Assembly: GCA_965202805.1 (NCBI GenBank)
Contig: OZ241869.1
Span: forward strand, 3,296,001 to 3,360,000
Reading direction: 5' to 3'
DNA: 64,000 nucleotides
From: Longimicrobiales bacterium
GTDB lineage: Bacteria > Gemmatimonadota > Gemmatimonadetes > Longimicrobiales > Gaopeijiaceae
This document shows, piece after piece, positions 58,102 to 64,000 of the stretch. The position numbers and the translations under genes are program-made. The notes under the pieces were generated by a model that had not been told where the DNA came from, ran no database searches, and was given only the letters and a program-made list of their open reading frames with translations. The stretch's first letter is position 1, and every line of letters starts with the position of its first letter.

Positions 58102-58318
58102 GGGGGCGGAGGTCCACCGCCCGCTCTGATGCCTGTCTCGTGGTTCACACCCAGCGCGCGCCTCCATCACCTCGTGCCGTCCTCTCTTTGATTTCTCGTA
58201 ATATGGGCTTGGATTTCTCGTATTAGGGAGTGCGCGAAGCACGCGGAGTGGGCCGAGGAGGAGGCACGGATCGCGGCCACGGCGTCGTGAATCGAGCGTC
58301 CCGCGGGGGAAGGGGAGA

Positions 58319-60904
58319 CTACGTCCCCGGCGCGGCCTCCGCGCCGCGGGCGCGGTAGATGGCGCGCGCCTCGTCGAACTGGGCGTACACGTGGTCCTTT
58401 TCGGCGTCCGAGCGCCAGCCGGGCCACAGCTCGGCCATCGTCTGAAGCTTGTCGATCCAGCGCAGCGCGTAGTCGGCGGCGCTGCGGCTGCGCACCGGGG
58501 CCCCGCCCACCGTGACCCACACGGGGTTGGTGAGCGCGAGGGGGTAGGAGGTGTCGAGCGGGAAGCGATCCTCGGGGTCGCCCTGGACGCGGACGTGAAT
58601 CCAGCTGCTCCGCTCCACCCGCACGGTGCGCTCCACCTCCAGCGAACGCCGGTCTCCCCCGAAGGGAATCTCCTCCACGACCTCGCCGTTCATCACGACG
58701 ACCGCCGTGCGCATGGGCACGATCCCCCAGGCCCGGACCGCCAGCGTGACCTCGCCTCCGCCGGCGGGCAGCGCCAGTTCCTCTCCCGGGATGCGGCCGT
58801 CGACCCTGACGTCGAGCAGGGGACCGCTGGAGACGAAGGCGTTGCCGGCGCGCATCCCGTCGAACCAGCCCTCCATCGACAACTTTCCGTCCGGCGTGCG
58901 CACGTAGGTGCGCATCGACCCCACCAGCGGGGTGGCCTGCAGATTGGAGATGGAGTCCTCGCCGCCGACCACCGTCGCCCGCACGTCGTTGCTCCACACG
59001 GCGTAGAGGGGCGGGTATCCGTCCTGAGGCGTGGACCACTCCACCGCGTCGGCGGCCTCCAGGGCGGCGTCGACGATGAACCCCTTGGCGCCTCCCAGCG
59101 TCCCCTCCAGTGGATCCCCGTTGTAGAAGGAGTGCACGTAGCCGGTGATCGCGCCCTGCGCCTTCGCCTTTCTGAACATGTCGGTGTTGGAGGGATAGAG
59201 GCTCTCGATGGCCGTCTGCTCGTAGCCGGTGACGAACGGGGAGATGAGGTGGTCGGTCATCCCGAACATGAAGACGTGTCCGTAGAAGGGCGGGCGGTAT
59301 TCCTGGCCCACCACCAGCACCATGTCGTCGCGGGAGAGGGGATGGGCGCCGCCCCCGGGTACGAAGAACTGGTGGTCCAGAATGCGGTTGTCCTTGTTGG
59401 CCACCTGCTCGGCCACCACGTCCTGGTCCTCGGCCTCCGACATCATCATGAGGTTCTCGAGGGTGTTGTGGAGGTTGCCGCCGTAGTTCATGTGGACGTG
59501 GGTGGAGCCCGAGTACCAGCCCTGGTCGCTCAGGTCCGAGATTTCCTCCAGGTGGACGCTGACGCGGTGGTTCTCGTTCGCCGCGATGTTCAGCTCGAAC
59601 TCCTGCGGCGCGTGCTCGAATCCTCGCGTCACCAGCATGTGCGCGGGCCCGGGAGGCAGCTCGACCTGGAACACGCCGGCGTGGTGGAAGATGCGGTCTC
59701 CGGCGCGGCTGACCCGCGAGTACTCCCCGGCGGGGGTGTAGTGCTTGCCGTCGGAGGCCGTGAGATGGACGCGGGCGCCGACAGGCTCGCCGTTCTGGCC
59801 CAGAGTCGTGACCGTGAGGGTGCCCATGGGCTCCCTCCAGCGGCGCTCCTCGATGGTTACCGTGCGGAGCGCCCCGCCGTAGGTCTCGAGCAGGGCGAGC
59901 TGGGGCAGCCCGCCCTCGTTGCTGATGAAGGCGATCCACTCGCCGTCCGGCGACCAGCGCGGGTGGAACGCGTCGTGCTCGAAGAAGGTGAGCTTGTAGG
60001 GCTCGCCGCCCGTCGTGGGCTGGACGTAGAGGTTGTTGAACTGGTCGGCCGCGCCCGCCGTGGACGAGTAGACGAAGCGGCGGCCGTCGAGGGACACGTC
60101 GGGCTGGGTGCGGTAGAGGCTCTGTTCCTCCAGCACCGCGACCCGCTCGTCGATGCCGTTCTCGCGCGCCGGAACGCGGTAGACGTTGCCGCTCCCGAGC
60201 GGCACATCGCGGTTGGAGACGATGATGAGCTCGTCGCCGGAGGGCAGCCATGCGGGCGAGATGTGCATGTCCCATGCCCCGAAGTAGAGGCGGTCCCGTC
60301 CGAAGGTGTTGTCGTAGCTGACCGCGATCTCCTCACCTGCCCAGGACCCGTCCGCGATCTCGCGGATGTAGACGTCGAAATAGCCGTTGGAGCGGGTGGA
60401 GACGTAGGCGAGGCGGCGGCCGTCGGGCGAGAAGCGCGGATCGACGTAGATCTGGTCGTCGTCGGTGAGCCTGCGGGTCTCGCCGGTGTGCGTGTCGAGG
60501 ATCTCCAGCTGGATGGGGCCGCCCCCCGCGTCGGCCGTGTAGACCAGCCAGCGCCCGTCCGGCGACCAGTTGGGGGAGGAGAGATAGTCCCCGGAGCGGG
60601 CCAGCTCGGTCGCGATCCCCGTGTCCGGGTCCACGCTCCAGATCGAGCCGCTCATGCCCACCGCGATCCGCTCGCCGTCCGGAGACCACGCCGGATACCA
60701 CGGGGTGGAGCTGGGGGCGGGGGGAAAGTAGAAGTTGTGCATGTAGTTGCCCCCGTGCGCGGCCGCGGCGTACTGGCGCTGGGCGCTGGCGGCCGAGGGC
60801 CCGGCCGCGGTCGCCAGCATGCTCAGGGCGGCGAGGGTGACGAACGCGCGGGAAGCGGTCGGGCGGGGGGCGGTGCGGCGGGGCGCAAGGGGGACCACGG
60901 ACAT
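58319..60904 (-). CDS. Secreted TolB/PD40 beta-propeller fused to a CehA/McbA-like (PHP-type) metallohydrolase
   Basis: Repeated P.WSPDG blades, then GWYSGSTHVHM, GQEYR..GH, GYVH, GGED, G..FVSSGP and TNPVWV. Confidence 0.82.
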   Translation of the reverse strand: MSVVPLAPRRTAPRPTASRAFVTLAALSMLATAAGPSAASAQRQYAAAAHGGNYMHNFYFPPAPSSTPWYPAWSPDGERIAVGMSGSIWSVDPDTGIATELARSGDYLSSPNWSPDGRWLVYTADAGGGPIQLEILDTHTGETRRLTDDDQIYVDPRFSPDGRRLAYVSTRSNGYFDVYIREIADGSWAGEEIAVSYDNTFGRDRLYFGAWDMHISPAWLPSGDELIIVSNRDVPLGSGNVYRVPARENGIDERVAVLEEQSLYRTQPDVSLDGRRFVYSSTAGAADQFNNLYVQPTTGGEPYKLTFFEHDAFHPRWSPDGEWIAFISNEGGLPQLALLETYGGALRTVTIEERRWREPMGTLTVTTLGQNGEPVGARVHLTASDGKHYTPAGEYSRVSRAGDRIFHHAGVFQVELPPGPAHMLVTRGFEHAPQEFELNIAANENHRVSVHLEEISDLSDQGWYSGSTHVHMNYGGNLHNTLENLMMMSEAEDQDVVAEQVANKDNRILDHQFFVPGGGAHPLSRDDMVLVVGQEYRPPFYGHVFMFGMTDHLISPFVTGYEQTAIESLYPSNTDMFRKAKAQGAITGYVHSFYNGDPLEGTLGGAKGFIVDAALEAADAVEWSTPQDGYPPLYAVWSNDVRATVVGGEDSISNLQATPLVGSMRTYVRTPDGKLSMEGWFDGMRAGNAFVSSGPLLDVRVDGRIPGEELALPAGGGEVTLAVRAWGIVPMRTAVVVMNGEVVEEIPFGGDRRSLEVERTVRVERSSWIHVRVQGDPEDRFPLDTSYPLALTNPVWVTVGGAPVRSRSAADYALRWIDKLQTMAELWPGWRSDAEKDHVYAQFDEARAIYRARGAEAAPGT

Positions 60905-61207
60905 CGGGGTTGCTCCTTGGGTTGTCGGTGGGTTCGCCGGGCGACCGTGCGTGGCTCGCGCGGACACGGCGTCCATGCCTCCGCCAGTGTAGGCAGCGGG
61001 CGCGCTGCGGGCTACCGGCCCGGCATCGCGGGCGGCTCCGCCAGAGCCCCGCGCGTCCGCGCCGCGCGGCGCCCGGCCTTCCGTGGTCACGGTCGCGGGA
61101 CCATCTTCCGCCTGCACCCGCGGCGTCGCCGGAGGAGCAGCGCGCGGCAGACGGCGTACGGCGCAAGGAAGAAGCGGGCCCTGTCCTCACCAACGAGGTG
61201 ATCGCCG

Positions 61208-62503
61208 GTGTCGAAACCGAGCGCGATGTGCCGAACGAGCCTGTTCCTGGCGGCCTCGCTGGCGGCATGCGCGGCCTGGCCGGCCCCGGCGGCGGAGGGG
61301 CAGGAGCCGGCTTCCGGGGATCAGGGACTCCCGGAGCCGGAGCCGGGCTCGGAACTGAGCGTGTCGCTCATTACCGTCGGCGCCGGACCCGTGGTCTACG
61401 AGATGTTCGGCCACAACGCCATCCGCATCCAGGATCCGGCCACGGGACTGGACGTCTCGTACAACTGGGGCATGTTCGACGTCAGCCAGGAGGGCTTCTT
61501 CTGGCGTTTTCTCCTGGGCGACTGGCAGTACTGGATGGCCGGCCTCTCCTCCGAGGGAATGATCGCGCACTATGTGGCCTCGGACCGCGGCGTCGTGGAA
61601 CAGGAGCTGGATCTGACCCCGGACCAGCGTCTCCAGCTGCTCGGGATCGTCGAACTCAATCGGCGCCCGGAGAACGCCTACTACCGGTACCAGTATTTCC
61701 TCGACAACTGCTCGACGCGTGCCCGGGACGCCCTCGACACGGTTCTGGGAGATAGCCTCCAGGCGCGCTTCGCGAACCTCCCCGGCGAGACGTTCCGCTT
61801 CCACACCCGGCGGCTCACGGCAGGCAATCCGCTCGTCTACGTGTCGCTCGACTTCTTCATGGGCGGCCGCGGCGATCGTCCCATCACCGCCTGGGACGAG
61901 ATGTTCATTCCGATGATGATGCGGGACTTCCTGCGCGAGACCGATGTTGTCACCTCCGAGGCCGTACTGGACGAGCCGGCCCACGTCCCCCCCGCCGAAC
62001 CGCCCCCGCGCTTCCTCTGGTTCGCCCTGACCGGGGTGATGCTGACAGGGTTGCTCGCGAGTTCGGCGTGGGTGGGCACCGCGGCGCGGGTCAAGGCCGG
62101 CAACCCGCGTGTCTCGGGACTCGCACGCGCGGGGTTCGTGCTGGTCGCTGGAATCTGGTCTCTCGGCGCGGGCCTGTCGGGGCTGGTGATGATCGTGTCA
62201 CACTTCACCAGCCACGAGTTCATGCACTGGAACGAGAACTTCCTCCAGGCCAACCCGCTGTCGCTGGTGCTCGCCGCCGCGCTGGTCCCGGCCGTCTTCG
62301 CCGACAGGTGGGGTCCCCTGGCGACCCGCACAGCGCTTCTGGCGGCCGGGGTGTCGATTTTGGGGCTCACGATGCAGGTTGTTCCCGGGATCGACCAGGT
62401 GAACGGATACCATCTTGTGGTGACGGTACCCGCGCACCTGGCGGTTGCGTGGGGCGTGAAGGCAATGGTGCCCGTCGACACGGAGCGGTCCGCGACAAAC
62501 TGA
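61208..62503 (+). CDS. DUF4105 / Lnb-like membrane protein (putative lipoprotein N-acyltransferase)
   Basis: FGHNAIR, YNWGMFD, YRYQYFLDNCSTR (His/Cys dyad), four C-terminal TM helices. Start may be 61226. Confidence 0.8.
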   Translation: MSKPSAMCRTSLFLAASLAACAAWPAPAAEGQEPASGDQGLPEPEPGSELSVSLITVGAGPVVYEMFGHNAIRIQDPATGLDVSYNWGMFDVSQEGFFWRFLLGDWQYWMAGLSSEGMIAHYVASDRGVVEQELDLTPDQRLQLLGIVELNRRPENAYYRYQYFLDNCSTRARDALDTVLGDSLQARFANLPGETFRFHTRRLTAGNPLVYVSLDFFMGGRGDRPITAWDEMFIPMMMRDFLRETDVVTSEAVLDEPAHVPPAEPPPRFLWFALTGVMLTGLLASSAWVGTAARVKAGNPRVSGLARAGFVLVAGIWSLGAGLSGLVMIVSHFTSHEFMHWNENFLQANPLSLVLAAALVPAVFADRWGPLATRTALLAAGVSILGLTMQVVPGIDQVNGYHLVVTVPAHLAVAWGVKAMVPVDTERSATN

Positions 62504-62601
62504 TCCCGCGGCCTGATCCCGTCGCCCGCAGCATGCACGGTCACCAAGCGGGACTGACTCGACAGGGGAGTCCGCATGACACGTCGCAGCGAGGAAGCCC
62601 G

Positions 62602-64000
62602 GTGAGCCCGGGTATCGACCGGCAGGACGTCCGCTACGAACCCGACGAGCGGCCTCCGCTGCCGATCACGGCGGGGTTGGGCATCCAGTACGCTATCCTG
62701 TGCATCGCCAGCGTCATCCTGACGCCCACGGTGATGATCACCGTCGCCGGAATGGGCGACGCCTACCTGTCGTGGGCCGTGTGCGCGGCGCTGGTGATCA
62801 GCGGGGTGACTACGGCCATCCAGGCGCGCAAGGTGGGCCGCATCGGCGCCGGCTACATCCTCGTCATGGGGAGCACGAGCGCGTTCCTGGCGGTGAGCGT
62901 GACTGCGCTCGAACAGGGCGGGCCGGGCATGCTCGCGACCCTGATCATCGCATCCGCCCTGGTTCAGTTCGTCCTGGCGGCGAGGATGGCGCTCCTCAGG
63001 CGCATCTTCACGCCCATGGTCGCGGGCACGGTGCTGCTGCTCATCCCGATCACCCTCTCGCCCCTGATCGTCCGCAAGCTGGGCGAGGTGCCGGCGGATG
63101 TTTCGCCCCTGGCGGGACCGGTCATCGGGGGGGTGACGCTGCTGGTCATGATCCTCGTCCCGCTTCGAGCCTCCGGGGCGCTCCGTCTGTGGGCACCGGC
63201 CATCGGCATCGTCGCGGGGTGCCTCACCGCCCGGCTGGGGTTCGGCCTGTACGACACGTCGGCGGTAGCGGAGGCTGCCTGGATCGGGCTGCCGCCGCTG
63301 GCCTATCCCGGCGTCGACTTCAGTTTCAGACCGGAGTTCTGGGCGCTTCTGCCGTCCTTCATCATGGTCACGCTGGTGGGCGCGCTGGACACGCTCGGGG
63401 ATGCCATCGCGATTCAGCGGGTATCGTGGCGCAGGCCGCGCGCGATCGACTTTCGCTCCATCCAGGGCGCGATTTCAGCCGACGGCGTGGGCAATCTGCT
63501 GTCCGGACTCGCGGGGACGGTTCCGAACACCACCTACGGCATGAGCATCAGCGTCGCCGAGCTCACCGGAGTCGCCGCCCGCCGAATCGGGATCTGCGTC
63601 GGCATCGTGTTCGTGTCGCTCGCGTTTCTGCCGAAGTTCATCAACCTGATCATCGCGATCCCGGGGCCGGTCGTCGCGGCCTACTTCATCATCATCGTGG
63701 CCCTGATCTTCGTCTTCGGAATGAAGATTCTGCTGCAGGAGGGCCTGGACTTTCGCAAGGGCCTGGTGGTGGGCGTCGCGTTCTGGCTCGGGCTCGCGTT
63801 CCAGTTCGACTGGATCTATCCGGAGTACTTCCAGGGGATATGGGGCGAGCTTCTCGGCAACGGCATGACCGTCGGCGGCTTCACCGTCATCCTGCTGGCC
63901 ATGTTCGAGGAACTGGTCGGGGGACGGCGGTCGCGTCTGAAGACCCGGCTCACGCCCGGAATCTGGTCCGAGATCGACGAGTTCATGGTGAAGTTCGCCG
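62602..64000 (+). CDS. NCS2 (xanthine/uracil) family permease, 3' end beyond the window
   Basis: Manual translation from GTG 62602: VRYEPDERPP..GIQY, TAIQA..GRIGAG, FTPMVAGTV, ADGVGNLLSGLAGTVPNTTY. Open to the window end. Confidence 0.85.
   Translation, partial: MSPGIDRQDVRYEPDERPPLPITAGLGIQYAILCIASVILTPTVMITVAGMGDAYLSWAVCAALVISGVTTAIQARKVGRIGAGYILVMGSTSAFLAVSVTALEQGGPGMLATLIIASALVQFVLAARMALLRRIFTPMVAGTVLLLIPITLSPLIVRKLGEVPADVSPLAGPVIGGVTLLVMILVPLRASGALRLWAPAIGIVAGCLTARLGFGLYDTSAVAEAAWIGLPPLAYPGVDFSFRPEFWALLPSFIMVTLVGALDTLGDAIAIQRVSWRRPRAIDFRSIQGAISADGVGNLLSGLAGTVPNTTYGMSISVAELTGVAARRIGICVGIVFVSLAFLPKFINLIIAIPGPVVAAYFIIIVALIFVFGMKILLQEGLDFRKGLVVGVAFWLGLAFQFDWIYPEYFQGIWGELLGNGMTVGGFTVILLAMFEELVGGRRSRLKTRLTPGIWSEIDEFMVKFA

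Noticed and set aside
62504..62601. Possible purine riboswitch upstream of the NCS2 permease
   Set aside because: Only a weak GACTC/GAGTC stem is visible and I could not match a known aptamer consensus. An Rfam/Infernal scan would settle it.
1..64000. tRNA, rRNA or tmRNA genes as island anchors
   Set aside because: None was recognised by eye in any intergenic region. A tRNAscan/Infernal run was not possible.

Overview
This is a high-GC bacterial chromosomal window. Its gene content (SusC-like fragment, M16 pairs, DUF4105, many secreted hydrolases) suggests a Gemmatimonadota-like diderm; that assignment is inference only. Housekeeping genes include a hisG-D-C-H-A-B-F-IE operon, uvrA, gyrA, metG, accA, a RicT/PSP1 protein, xdhC/mocA cofactor genes and many peptidases and hydrolases. 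One accessory island (~13.9-24.8 kb) abuts the 5' end of uvrA. It carries an OLD-like ABC-ATPase/TOPRIM gene, a frameshifted duplicate of the first 100 bp of uvrA, an AbrB-PIN toxin-antitoxin pair, three paralogous Ig-like + 8-bladed beta-propeller lipoproteins with a conserved scaffold and variable loops, a truncated SusC-like gene, an IS3 relic and a small secreted protein. The most striking signal is non-coding. A twin palindrome (CTGCCA-TTT-TGGCAG x2, 32-bp spacing) punctuates the island three times and occurs once more at 56.2 kb with 40-bp spacing. The propeller array is bracketed by ~140-bp imperfect inverted arms that abut two of these twin palindromes. This suggests an undescribed non-autonomous, site-specific cargo element; no recombinase is visible in the window. 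No rRNA, tRNA or CRISPR array was recognised.
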